A stretch of DNA of 64,000 nt from Mobula hypostoma (GCF_963921235.1 NC_086098.1:7502001-7566000); one strand, 5' to 3'; positions 36,308 to 48,905 are shown, counted from the first letter of the stretch. Made by a program: numbers and translations. The notes: a model not told the origin generated them from the sequence alone.

Positions 36308-39300
36308 GAAGTGATACAAGCTCTAGAAGACCTGGGCATAGATATTCTTTTTGAACTGTTTAATGGCATATATGGGTCTGGTGTATTGCCTGACAATCTC
36401 TTGAAATCAGTGTTTATAACTCTGCCAAAAATTCCTGGAAATATTGACTGCAAAAATTATAGAACAATCAGTCTTATGAGTCATGTAATAAAGATTTTGA
36501 TGAGAATTGTTCTGAGTCAAATTAAAAACAAGTTAAGCCCAGAAATTTCTAAACTGCAATATGGGTTTATTGAGGATAGAGGAACTAGGAACACAATTTT
36601 CATACTACGAATACTTTCAGAAAGGGCAATTGAATATCAGAATGATGTCTTTTTATAATTTATTGATTTAATTAAAGCATTCGACAAAGTGCAACATGAA
36701 AGATGTTGCCAACAGGCACAACAATTTTACCAACAGACACATTTTCTATGACAACAAGGCTTAGGCTACTAAAATGTTACATCTGGTCAATCTTGCTGTA
36801 TGCTTCCAAAACATGGACTATAACACCGGAAATCCAAACTTAGAAGCAACAGAAATGTGGTTTCTTAGAAGAATGCTGAAAATATCATTTAGAGATAGAG
36901 TAACTAATGAGACAGTACTCCAATGTGCCCATACAAAAAAGATCTTTAATGAGAACATCAAATGAGAGGAAACTTAAATTCCTGGGCCATGTCATCAGAA
37001 AGGGAGAAATAGAATCCCTTACATTACAAGGCTGTATGCCTGGGAAACTTGGTAGAGGAAGGCAAAGAAGAAAATATATGGACACTGTGAAAGAACTAAC
37101 AGATCTAAGTTTGCGAGATATCATTGACGCTGCGAGGGATCATTCAATGTGGAGAGCCATGATCGCCCAAGCGTGTAAAAAAAAGGTACATGAAGAAGAA
37201 GAAGATTTTTCCAATTATTTTAGGTTTTCTCCACATACAGAAACACGAATGTCAAGGACCAGAAAAGCCATCAAAAAGTGACAGATACAGCCCAGTCCGT
37301 CACGGGATAAGCCCTCCCCAACTGTGAGAACATCTACATGGAGCGCTGTCACTAGAAATCAGCATTCATCATTAAGGACCCCCAACACCCTGCAGGCTCC
37401 AAAACCAGCATGAATAACCTCACTCAACTGATTCCATAACCTATGGACTCTGTAGCAGCAAAACCAAACCAAATGAAAACCAAAGCAATCACCTAAGTGT
37501 AAGCAAAGCATAACTGGAAGTTATTGAGCAGTCAGCAAATGATACGATCTCCACCGGTCCCAGACAAACTGTGACGAACAAAGCACAAATACGTGACTTA
37601 TTTCCTTTGCTTTTACCATACTCCCACTCATGTGACTGGTGACCAAAATAAAAATAATAAACATGCAACACAGAATACAATGCTGATAGAGAACAGATAT
37701 ATGGCTCCTACAGACTGTCTTTCAAGGACTCTACAACTCATGATCTCAATATTATTTATTACTTGTATAGAACAGAATGGAACAGAAATTTATTATCATT
37801 GTTCAAGACAATGAGATTGTGCTGCTACTCCAGTCCATGCAAAACAGATGTTTACAATGCATGTGGTATGGTTTAACTAAAATAATTCCATATTTACATG
37901 AACAAGTGACTTTGATGGTCCATAACACTCAAGGTCCATTGGCAAGCCAGGGTATATATTATTCAGCTGCACAACAAGCCTCGGGAAAAAGCTGTTTTTC
38001 CATCTTACTGTCTTGGCTAAGTTGTCTTTGTATCTCCAACCAGACAGCAGGAGATTGAGCAGACATTGTCCAGGAAGGAGCGGGTCTTTCGTGACGTTAT
38101 GAGTGCACCGTAACATCATTAATTAGTATCATTATTGGTTTTGCTTGTAATTGCACGGTTTGTCCTCTTTTGCACACTGGTTGTTTTTCAGTCATTTGTG
38201 TGTAGTTTTTCATTGATTCCATCGTGCAACCACGAATTGAACCCAGGTTGTCTGCATTATAAATCGTTGTGTTAACCACTCTGCTACTGTGCTGCCCCAA
38301 CCAACTTATGCCGGTGGTACTAAACCTGATTTTGATTTCTGATTTTAAGCACTTGAAGAAAAAAGACTTTATGAAGTCACTTTAAGCTATAGATAAATGG
38401 GGTAAGCTAACATATCAAATATAACACACAGAAAGAAGTGAGGAGGGCACATTCAGCAATTATTTTCATTAGAGGCTTGAAGGTGAGAAAATATTGTATG
38501 GCATTTGTTAAACAGGGAAAGTTGTGCAATTAAAATTAGAAAATAAATCAGGGTAGGAAGGAGAAAATAAATGGAAAGAATTTGAATGCTCAGGAAAGCA
38601 GTATTTAAAGCATTTAATTAGTTTTATTTTTAATTAAGATGGTGCCTTTGCATACATATTAGTCCTATAATGTTAATATTAAAGCAATCAGACTGCTAAT
38701 CGCATAATATTAGTGGTTAAGTGAACATTCGATGTCACAGTTTGCGAACTGAAACCTCACCCAGAGAGGCTGTCATTAACCTGTTGTGTACCAGTCTGCT
38801 GCTTGCAAGATCAAGATAAATGGCTAAGATAGATAATATTGTTTTCACCACCCGTCAGATAACGTAATGTATTACCTGCTCTAGAGTGAGGGGTAGGCTA
38901 TAGAGATATGCACAGTATAACTCACAATAGTTAACTGGAGTGCAGGTATTTTGCCAACTTCATGCTGCTTACTTAGTTAAATTAGTTCAATATGCAGCCA
39001 CTGCTAACTGCCCAAGCCATCAGGGGAATGGGAATACCTAGAATAACCAGTTCCAGTTAAAGCGGGCTGCGTCTCCAAAAAGGATGTCCACAATGTTATA
39101 CAAGGTCACTAAGGAGAAACATGATAGAGATTTAAAAGGTTATTTGAGGCCTCAGTAGAGTGGACAGAGGGCATCTTTTTCCCAGGGTTGAAATATCTAA
39201 TTCTAGAGGGCATGCATTAAAGGTGAGGGTGTGGTTTCAAGGGGTATGTGATTGGACATCGAACCTATGAACACTAACTTACTATTACTCTTTTTTGTTG

Positions 39301-39639
39301 TACCTTTTTAGATTTAATTTTATATATATCTATTCTACATGTACAGCTGCCACAGAACAACAAATTTCACCACCTTCGTCAATGATAATGAGTATAGTTT
39401 GGATAAGCCAGTCTGATGGATCACTAGCCTAGTAAATTAACCATTATTCTACCTACTGCTGCTATTAGAAAACAGCAATCAAGAGAAATAAGATTGTTCT
39501 CAGATACAGCAAGACTGACTCTTATCCATATGAGCTCATGCTGTTGCTGTCATAACTGGGGATGACAGTGCACAAAGATTGCAGGGTTTCTCAGCCGCCT
39601 AGCAATATATCCTTCAACAGGGAGAATAAGTGTTGTAAC

Positions 39640-40545
39640 GTTGAGGCTTTATAAAGCACTGTTGATGCCTCACTTGGAGTATTGTCAGCAGTTTTGGACC
39701 TCTTAATGAAGAAAGGATGTGTTGACGCTGGAGAGGGTTCAAAGGAGATTCACAAAAATGATTCCAGGATTGAATGGCTTGCCATATGAAGAACGTTTGA
39801 TGGCTCTGGGCCTGTATTCACTGGGATTCAGGAGAATGAGGGGTGACCTCATTGAAACCTACCACACGCAGATAGACCGGGTGTGGAGAGGAAGGCCCCT
39901 ATGTTGGAAAAGTCAATGACCAGAGGGCACAGCCTCGGATTAGAGGGACATCCTTTTAGAATGATGAGGAGGGACTCCTTCAGCCAGAAAGTGGTGAATC
40001 TGTGGAATTCTTTGCCATTGGCTGCTATGGAAGCCAAGTCTTTATGTATTTTTTAAGGCAAAGGTTAATAGAGTTGTGATTGGTCAGGGCATGAAGGGGT
40101 ATGGGGACAAGGCAAGAGACTGGGGGCTGAGAGGGAAAATGGATCAGCCACAATGAAATCATAGAGCAGACTCCATAAGACATGAAGACCATAAGACATA
40201 GGAGCAGAATTAGGCCATTCCGCCCATGGAGTCTGCTCTGCCATTCCATCATGGCTGATCCCGGATCCCACTCAATCCCATACACCTGCCTTCTCACCAA
40301 ATCCTTTGATGGCCTGACTGATCGGGAAATGGTCAACTTCTGCCTTAAATATAAGCACGACGAAGCCTCCACCAGTCTGTGGCACTGCATCCCATAGATT
40401 TACTACTCTCTTGTTACCTCTGTTCTAAAAGGTTGCCCTTCAATTTTGAGGCTGTGCCCTCTGGTTCTGGATACCCCCACAAAAGGAAACATTTTCTCCA
40501 CATCTACCCTATGTAGTTAACATTTGTTAAGTTTCAATGAGATCC
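39640..40545. mobile_element. Two CR1 3' fragments in tail-to-tail orientation (+ 39640-40170, - 40175-40545)
   Basis: LERVQRRFTKMIPG..RRMRGDLIETY on +; antisense CR1 tail cataagacatgaagaccataaga. Confidence 0.8.
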
Positions 40546-40711
40546 AGCAGTCCTGATGAAGGGTCTCAGTCCATAACGTTGACTCTTTACTCTTCTCAAT
40601 AGATGCTGCTTGGCCTGCCGAGTTCCTCCAGCATTTTGTGTGTGTTGTGAAATTTGTTGTTTTCCAGCAGCAGAACAGTGCAAGACATAATAATTGCTGT
40701 AAGAATATATA

Positions 40712-41265
40712 CACCCAGTGGTCATTTTATTCGGTACCTTCTGTACCTAATAAAGTGGCCATCGAGTATATGTTTGTGGTCTTCTGCTGGGGTAGCCCAT
40801 CTCCCTCAAGATTCGACATGTTGTGTATTCAGAGATGCTCTTCTGCACACCTCTGTTGAAACGTGTGGGTATTTGAGTTACTGTCACTTTCTTGTCAGCT
40901 TGAACCAGTTGACTTTTCTCATTAACAAAACATTTTTTTACCCATAAAACTGCCACTCACTGGATGTTTTTTTTTTGTACCATTCCCTGTAAACTCTGGA
41001 GACTGTTGCACATGATAATCTCAGGAGGTCAGTAGTTTCTGAGATACTCAAACCACCCCCTCTGGCACCAACAATCATTCCACAGCCAAAGTCATTTAGA
41101 TCACATTTCTTCTCCATTCTGATGTTTTGTCTGAGCAACAACTGAATCTCTTGATCATGTCTGCATGCTTTTATGCAATGAGTTCCTGCCACATGATTGG
41201 ATGATTAGATATTTGGCATTAATGAGCAGGTGTACAGATGTACCTAATAAAGTGGACAGTGAATG
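40712..41265 (-). mobile_element. Tc1-type non-autonomous transposon retaining the transposase N-terminal HTH region
   Basis: TA-flanked; TIR cac.cagtgg.cactttatt.ggtac; minus-strand MEKKCDLNDFGCGMIVGAR..GLSISET.DLL..TVSRVYREW and LVQADKKVTVTQI..MGYPSRRP. Confidence 0.85.
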
Positions 41266-41821
41266 TAATAAATCAGTAATGCAAACTGAGAGCAAGATGA
41301 TGAGGTAGTGCTCATGGGGTCATGGACCATTCAGAAACCTGATGGTGGAGTGGAAGAAGTGGGTGTTCTTGTTGAGTGTGGGCCTACATGCTAGACAGTG
41401 CTTGGATAATGGTGCGCAACAATCTGTGAGATGGTTGGGTTCAGTTGTTCTCTGATCTTGGCAGTTCATCACCATACAAGGAGCCATCATCAGTGCACTG
41501 TTAATTTATGGTGTGTCCTCTGAATTCTTGGCATTACCATATCTCATCATCATTACGTGTCATTTCATGTGAAGTGAGTGATCATGGTCTTTCCAGGACA
41601 ACACTCTTCAGAGATTGTCTGCCTGGCATCAGTGGTCACACAACCAGGACTTGTGATCTGCACCAGCTGCTCATACAACCTGCTACCATGGCTTCAAGTG
41701 ACCCCGCTCTGAGGAGCTAAGCAGATGCTACTCCTTGCCCAAGGCTGACCTACAGGCTAATGGAGGGAAGGAGCACCTTACACCTCCTTAGGTAGAGACG
41801 TATCTCCACCCTGCCATCCAC

Positions 41822-42170
41822 TACAAAAGCATGCGAGGTATAGATAGGGTAAATGCAAGCAGGCTTTTTCCACTGAGGTTGGGTGCGACTAGAACCAGAG
41901 GTCATGAGTTAAGGGTGAAAGGTGAAAAGTTTAAGGGAACTATGAGGGGAACTTCTTCATTCCAAGGACCATGAGAATGTGCAACGAGCTACCAGCCCAA
42001 GTGTTGCATGTGAGCTCAATTTCAACATTTAAGAGAAGTTTGAATAGGTACATTGATAGGGGTATGGAAGGCTATGGTCTGGGTGCAGGTCGATGAGAGC
42101 AGGCTGTTCAAATGATTTTGGCATGGACTAGGTGGTCTAAAATTCCTGTTTCTGTGCTGTACTTTTCTAT
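41822..42170 (+). mobile_element. CR1 3' fragment
   Basis: gatagggtaaatgcaagcaggctttttccactg..., same subfamily as 14690-16650. Confidence 0.75.
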
Positions 42171-43122
42171 AACTCTATTCCCTTCCATAGATGCTACCTC
42201 ACCTGCTGAGTTCCTCCAGCATTTTGTATGTTTTTCTAGATTTACAGAATTTGTAGAATCTCTTTTGCCTGACCTGCTGTGTTCCTCCAGCATTTTGTGT
42301 GTGTTTTTTCAGTCTTAAAGAATCTGCAGAATCTCTCTTGTCTTCATAAAGGCTCAATTTTAACCTCAAAAGACAAGAAAGTTTAATGTTTATAAAGTAG
42401 CCTGAGTCATGTCAACTGATCTCAGTCCAAGTGTCTGTGGCACAACAGAGTTTAAGTTCAACATCTGTGAGTTGTCCTGCTCCCAATTCCTTATCAGTCA
42501 ACTGCACGTGTCTGCACTGGAACAGGATTTTTATTTAAAGTTTTCTTGTTTGGCAGGAATAACCCATCAGTCCCTAGCAACAAAATTAGGATCAGGTGGA
42601 TAGTATCAACTGTGCATAGACATTGGAAAAGGAAGAGAAAAAGGAGAACATTTTGGAAGGGAAAGGAATAATTTATTCAGAATCACATATATTAGAACAT
42701 AGAACAGAGAATATTACAGCACAATACAGTCCATTTGGCCCTTGATACTCTGCCGACCTTTCAGATTACACACTTTCAGGCTTTAGTGTCTTCTGCCTGA
42801 TGGGAGAGGGGAGAATGCCTGAGGTGGGAGAGGTCTTTGATAAAAAACTAGCTGCTTTACTGAGGCAGTGAGAAGTGCAGACAGAGTTAGTCCATGGAGG
42901 GGAGGCTAGTTTCCCTGAATAAAAACTTACTGTGGTATAAGTTTTCAAAGTTCTATAAAATTAGTTCTTCTCATTTCTCTAACAGCAGCTCTCTCCCTAG
43001 GATTACCTCCATGTTGGCGTGAGGTGCAGGAAAACTTTAAAAGGCATGGCGAAAATAAAGTAACACACATAAAAGTTGCTGGTGAACGCAGCAGGCCAGG
43101 CAGCATCTCTAGGAAGAGGTGC

Positions 43123-43158
43123 AGTCGACGTTTCAGGCCGAGACCCTTCATCAGGACT
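43123..43158 (-). ncRNA. Minimal type-I hammerhead ribozyme motif
   Basis: AGUC-CUGAUGA-AGGGUCUCGGCCU-GAAA-CG-UC-GACU. Confidence 0.7.
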
Positions 43159-43953
43159 AACTGAAGGAAGAGTTAGTAAGAGATTTGAAAGTGGAAGGGG
43201 GAGGGGGAGATCCAAAATGATAGGAGAAGACAGCAGGGGGAGGGATGGAGCCAAGAGCTGGACAGACAAGTGCTACACATGCCCTTACACTTCCTCCCTT
43301 ACCACCATTCAGGACCCCAAACAGTCCTTCCAGGTGAGGCAACACTTCACCTGTGAGTCGACTGGGGTGATATACTGTGTCCGGTGCTCCCGATGTGGCC
43401 CTTTAAAAATTGGCGAGACCCGACGCAGACTGGGAGACCGCTTTGCTGAACATCTACGCTCTGTCCGCCAGAGAAAGCAGGATCTCCCAGTGGCCGTACA
43501 TTTTAATTCCACATCCCATTCCCATTCTGACATGTCTATCCACGGCCTCCTCTACTGTAAAGATGAAGCCACACTCAGGTTGGAGGAACAACACCTTATA
43601 TTCCGTCTGGGTAGCCACCAACCTGATGGCATGAACATCGACTTCTCTAACTTCCGCTGATGCCCCACCTCCCCCTCGTACCCCATCTGTTACTTATTAT
43701 TATACACACATTCTTTCTCTCACTCTCCTTTTTCTCCCTCTGTCCCTCTGAATAGACCCCTTGCCCATCCTCTGGGTTCGCCCGCCCCCCCCCTTGTCTT
43801 TCTTCCCGGACCTCCTGTCCCATGATCCTCTCGTATCCCTTTTGCCTATCACCTGTCCAGCTCTTGGCTCTATCCCTCCCCCTCCTGTCTTCTCCTATCA
43901 TTTTGGATCTCCCCCTCCCCCTTTCAAATCTCTTACTAACTCTTCCTTCAGTT

Positions 43954-43989
43954 AGTCCTGACGAAGGGTCTCGGCCTGAAACGTCGACA
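43954..43989 (+). ncRNA. Minimal type-I hammerhead ribozyme motif
   Basis: AGUC-CUGACGA-AGGGUCUCGGCCU-GAAA-CG-UC-GACA. Confidence 0.7.
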
Positions 43990-44859
43990 GCACCTCTTCC
44001 TAGAGATGCTGCCTAGCCTGCTGCGTTCACCAGCAACTTTTATGTGTGTTGCTTGAATTTCCAGCATCTGCAGAATTCCTGTTGTTTGCGAAAATAAAGT
44101 GGATGTGACTTCAAAGAAAATTAGTTAGCAATTGCACACAGATTGTCATACCCATTCATAGCACATTTCATTAGTTCCAGTACAATTTCTCTTGCAATCA
44201 GCAAGGCATTTCTGTTTACTTGTATTGATTTCATTATTTATGCAAGGGATTAATAATAAACTTATAAAATAAATAAATTAATAAACTTTTTGAGATAAAA
44301 TTAGAAAACTTTTGAAGTGAATTATTTCTGACTGAATTAATGTGGCCGGTTTAAACATTTTTTACCACTGATTTAAATGTGTGAAAGCATACATTGAATT
44401 TTCTTTAAACTTGACAAGCTTGTCCTTTTAAAGTGAATCAGTTTTGTAGGCTCCATTCTCACTGAAGCAGCTACATAATGGTTTGGTCTCACCTTTTCAA
44501 ATGAGACTGAAAATTATTTGCCAAAGTGAGTCATTCCTTAAAGCAGTTCATTATTCATTAACTAATGGATTTTACCCATTAATTTCGCAAGTATTTTAGC
44601 TTACTCTAATGCTGCAGAAAGGAAAATTAATTTCTGCCTTTGTCTTACAATACTTTTTTAACAGGTCTAAACTCTCCCATATGACGTTCCTGATTAAGTA
44701 ACGCAGGCTGGCACATTCCAGTTCTCTGTCAGCACTGTGTCATAACTGGAAATATCTCATTATGCAATTATCCCTTCCATTGTAATTTTGATCTTAGCAT
44801 CAATCAGCTTTCAGGCAGCCGAAAGCTAGAACAGACTGCAATTAGAGTATTGCATTCAG

Positions 44860-45390
44860 TTCTGGTCACCCACTTGGAACATAGTGCTCAGTTCTGTTTG
44901 CCTTATTATAGAAAGGATATGGAAACTTACCAGGAGAGCACAGAGGAGACTTACCAGGATGCTGCCTGGATTAGAGAGCATGTTTATGAGGATAGGTTGA
45001 GCATTCTAGGGCTTTTCTTTTTGGAGAGACGGAAGACGAGAGTTGGCTTGTTACAAGATGAGAAGCATGGATCACTTTTTCCCAGGACATTGATGGCCAG
45101 TGCCAGTGGATATCCAATTAAAACGAGTGAAGGAAAGTTGAGGGGAGATATCAGATGTAGGTTTTGTTTTTTTTTTAAAAAAAACACAGGGCAGTGGGTG
45201 CCTGGAATGCACTGCCGAGGGTGGTAGAGGCAGATACATTAGGGACATTTAAGAGACTTTTAGACAGGCACATGGATGAAGAGAAATGAAGCTCTATGTA
45301 GGAAGGAAGAAAGATTTAGATTTATCTTGGAATAGGTTAAAAGGTTGACATAACACTGTGGGTCAAAGGTCTCAAACTGTGCTGAACTCG
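44860..45390 (+). mobile_element. Degenerate CR1 3' fragment
   Basis: HLEHSAQFCLPYYRKDM..LGLFFLERRK, followed by a 3' UTR. Confidence 0.7.
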
Positions 45391-45514
45391 TGTTAATTTA
45401 TCAAGTCATAAAAGAAACTCTTTTAACCTGTAGCAATAGTTATTTTGGGTGACGGGGTGCAGACACGTCGCTACCAATGGACGTGTAAGACACTCCTCTC
45501 CGCTAGCCTGCAGG

Positions 45515-45894
45515 CAATGTTCCCTCTAATTTATATTGACCAATGTGCACAAAAATCTTGTGCTGAGCATCTTTTGCCCTGTGACAACAACATGTGTGCA
45601 CTAAGCAATTTCTTCAACAAAAAGAGTATAAGTAAGCCAGTTCTAAAAGCTGTAGACAAATCATCGCACACTCCACATTGACAACACTGTCCACATCAAA
45701 AACCGGAAAAGGAAATGTGATTGCATATGATCGTGAAATATACTTAACATGCTAACGAGGTAGATGGTGACAACCTTTTGTGCACAGTTTAAATTCCTTT
45801 ATGTGCTAGTAGCTAAAGATGCGCTCACGCACACACCTTAGAACCAATTTCCCTCGGGATCAATAAAGTATGACTATGACTAGAAGGAACATTA
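45515..45894. mobile_element. MITE, probably hAT-type, with a ~40-bp LINE tail inserted in its right TIR
   Basis: caatgttccctctaa ... ttaga[insert]tagaaggaacatta; flanks cctgcagg / cctgcaat (6 of 8 match). Confidence 0.6.
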
Positions 45895-46129
45895 CCTGCA
45901 ATGGCAAACCGCTTTTGTAGAAAGATTTTCGAAGAACAATCATGGTCAAAGACCATGATGGTCCACATCGTACAACACAGCACACAATGATGATGATGAT
46001 GAATAGTTACTTGTTTGTTTGTGTGTGTGCATTCTGTAGGGTCTGGGAATAATACCTTTAGGCAAAATGAAATCTAAAAAAGTCTTCAAATAGGAGTGAA
46101 TTCCATTCCTAATGAAAAATAAGGAGTTC

Positions 46130-47305
46130 TTCATTAGGAGTCTGATGAGATTTGGTATGTCACCAAAGTCAGTCACAAATTTCTACAGATGTACCGTGGA
46201 GAGCATTCTAACTGGCTGCATCACCATCTGGTGTGGTCGGGGGGTGGGGTGAAATCTAGATAAACTGCAAAGAGTTGTTAGCTTATTCAGCTCCATCATG
46301 GGCACCAGCCTCTGTAGTATCCAGGATATCTTCAAGGAGCGATGCCTCAAAAAGATGGCAGCCATCATTAAGGACCCCATCACGCAGGCCATACCTCGTT
46401 CTCATTGCTACCATCAGGGAGGAGGTACAAGAGCCTGAAGGCACACATTTGATGATTCAGGAACAGCCTCTTCCTCTCTGCCATCATATTTCTAAATGGA
46501 CATTGAACCCATGAACACTACCTCAATTTTTTAAAACAAACAACAGGAATTCTGCAGATGCTGGAAATTCAAGCAACGTACATCAAAGTTGCTGGTGAAC
46601 GCAGCAGGCCAAGCAGCATCTATAGGAAGAGGTGCAGTCGACGTTTCAGGCCGAGACCCTTCGTCAGGACTAACTGAAGGAAGAAACACCTTATATTCCA
46701 TCTGGGTAGCCTCCAACCTGATGGCATGAACATCGACTTCTCTAACTTCCGCTAAGGCCCCACCTCCCCCTCGTACCATCTGTTACTTATTTTTATGCAC
46801 ACATTCTTTCTCTCACTCTCCTTTTTCTCCCTCTGTCCCTCTGAATATACCTCTTGCCCATCCTCTGGGTCACCCCCCCCCCCCCGTCTTTCTTCCCGGA
46901 CCTCCTGTCCCATGATCTTCTCGTATCCCCTTTTGCCTATCACCTGTCCAGCTCTCGGCTCTATCCCTCCCCCTCCTGTCTTCTCCTATCATTTTGGATC
47001 TCCCCCTCCCACTTTCAAATCCCTTACTCACTCTTCCTTCAGTTAGTCCTGACGAAGGGTCTCGGCCTGAAACGCCAACTGCGCCTCTTCCTATAGATGC
47101 TGCTTGGCCTGCTGCGTTCACCAGCAACTTTGATGTATGTTGCTCAATTTTTTAATTCTATTTTCATGCTGCTTACTTAAATTAACTATTACAGCAAATT
47201 ACAGTATATATACTTACTGTAATTTGCATATGTTTCTATTCTTGTGTATTACTATGTGCTGCTGCAGCAAAGGCAACAAACTTCACGATGTATGCCTGTG
47301 ATATA
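46130..47305 (+). mobile_element. Rex/Babar-like LINE 3' fragment hosting a Penelope-like insertion
   Basis: RFGMSPKSVTNFYRCTVESILTGCITIW in the + frame near 46150-46230. Confidence 0.7.
46535..47142 (+). mobile_element. 5'-truncated Penelope-like element with inverted pLTR
   Basis: 46535-46684 is an inverted pLTR copy; hammerhead motifs at 46636-46671 (-) and 47045-47080 (+, mutated); TSD ctcaattttttaa. Confidence 0.9.
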
Positions 47306-47869
47306 CTTTATAGTTGCCAAACAATTGTTACTAGAACATACAGCCATCACAGCGATATTTGATTGTGCTTCACACTCCCTGGATTACAAATATTAAAATA
47401 TTAAACTAGTTAAAATTAGTAAATATTAAAAATTTAAACTAAATCATAAATAGAAAATAGTAAAATGGGAAGTAAGGTAGTGCAAAAAAATCGAGAGGCA
47501 GGTCTGGATATTTGGAGGGTACAGCCCAGATCCAGGTCAGGATCCGTTCAGCAGACTTATCACAGCTGGAAAGAAGTTGTTCCCAAATCTGGCCGTATGA
47601 GTCTTCAAGCTCCTGAGCCTTCTCCCAGTGGAAGTTATTAAACCAGACTCTGATTCTCTTTGTAGAGGAGACGATTTATTCTCTATTTTGATACTCAAAG
47701 TAATTAATTGTTGTATATTGTATTTGGTGTTGGGTACAGCTGTATGAAATAGTTGCATTTCTAGAAGTTGATGCCCACTGCAAAGTGATGTCATCTGAAG
47801 CAATTTGATCCCAGCACAAAACAGAATCAGGTTTAATATCACCGGCATATGTTGTGAGCCGTACAATGC

Positions 47870-48200
47870 AATCCTCCAAGAGGACTGCAACCTTGCTGTT
47901 GGGTTTGGAGGCTTGCATACCTCAATGACCCATAGAGTGGTGTTGGATGGAGGCAGGGGCTGTGTCAGACTCTTGGTAGGGTCACCCATGCCAAACAGGT
48001 CAAAGGGCAGAGGCTGAACTATTAGTGGTCCCCTAGTCCTCCAGGTTTGGGGGTTCAGCTCAGGGCCATCAACCCTGACTGGTGAGAAAAAAATTGTTAC
48101 GGAAACAGCAATGCAGAATCCTTCTACTCCTGAGTGCGGCTAAGGACAAACAGAGATGGAGGACCTTCGATGCTGCCCTAAATACCAGCAATGAAATGGG
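47870..48200 (+). mobile_element. RTE/BovB-like 5' UTR fragment
   Basis: accttgctgt..ggcttgcatacctcaatgaccc..gggtcacccatg..caggtcaaaggg..ctccaggtttgggggtt resembles RTE leader sequences. Confidence 0.5.
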
Positions 48201-48254
48201 CAGTAAGTAAGCATGTAGTAATACATAATAATAAAGCTGTTATGTCCTAAGAAA

Positions 48255-48555
48255 TAAAGGCATCCATTAGTCTTGCGAGACCATGGATCTGTGCCCAGAA
48301 AGTCTTAACTCTCCAGGGTGCAGGCCTGGGCAAAGTTGTATGGAAGACAGGCAGTTGCCTATGCTGCAAGTCTCCCCTCTCCACCACACCGATGTTGTCC
48401 AAGGGAAGGGCATTAGGACCCATACAGCTTGGCACCAGTGTCGTCGCAGAGCAATGTGTGGTTAAGTGCCTTGCTCAAAGACACATGTTGCCTTGGCTGG
48501 AGCTCGAACTCATGATCTTCAGATCGCTAGTCAAATGCCTTAACCACTTGCCCAC
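48255..48555 (-). mobile_element. tRNA/CORE-like SINE (second copy)
   Basis: Homologous to 29415-29715. Confidence 0.7.
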
Positions 48556-48605
48556 ACTAAGAGTGAGTGAGTATATATATTAGACGCATACACACATTAT
48601 TTTTA

Positions 48606-48905
48606 GGGTGGCATGGTAGCATAGTGGTTAGCATAACAATTTACAGTACCAGTGATTAAGGTTCAGTTCCTGCCACTGTCTGTAAAGAGTTCTCACATTC
48701 TCCCTGCGACCGCATGAGTTCTTTCTGGGTGCCCCGGTTTACTCCCAGCGTCCAAAGATGGACTGGTTGGTAGATTAATTTGTCATTGTAAATTGTCCCA
48801 TCGTCAGGCTAGGGTTAAATTGGGGGATTGCTGTCTGGCATAACTGGAAGGGCCAGCGGGACCTATTCTGAGCCGTATGCCAATAAATAAACAAATAAAT
48901 AAATA
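48606..48905 (+). mobile_element. Near full-length V-SINE/HE1-like SINE
   Basis: A box tagcatagtgg, B box ggttcagttcc, V-domain-like core, (TAAA)n tail. Confidence 0.75.

Larger units (their letters stand above)
29960..37205 (+). mobile_element. RTE-clade LINE (5' UTR, APE, RT, C-terminus), fragmented by nested insertions
   Basis: APE WNIRTL..DILGLSEIRW, YAPT, MGDFNSKVG, NQIDFI; RT KATGPDEI, NYRTISLMSHVIKI, QYGF, FID..KAFDKV; end RKLKFLGHVIRK..GRGRQRRKY; (GAA)n tail; part of the RT core deleted. Confidence 0.85.
43062..44087 (+). mobile_element. Penelope-like element: GIY-YIG endonuclease and pLTR, with inverted pLTR at the 5' end
   Basis: KCYTCPY..FTCESTGVIYCVRCSRCG..KIGETRRRLGDRFAEH..VAVHF..LEEQHLIFRLG..PDGMN; 43062-43265 is the inverse of ~43853-44050; TSD gcgaaaataaagt. 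Confidence 0.92.

Noticed and set aside
43076..43660. 194-aa ORF as a standalone GIY-YIG nuclease gene
   Set aside because: The N-terminal part is the inverted pLTR read by chance in frame, with a non-ATG start; it is a truncated Penelope-like copy.
48606..48680. tRNA gene
   Set aside because: The A/B boxes continue into a SINE body and tail and no cloverleaf is evident; the same applies to 14462, 29715 and 48555.
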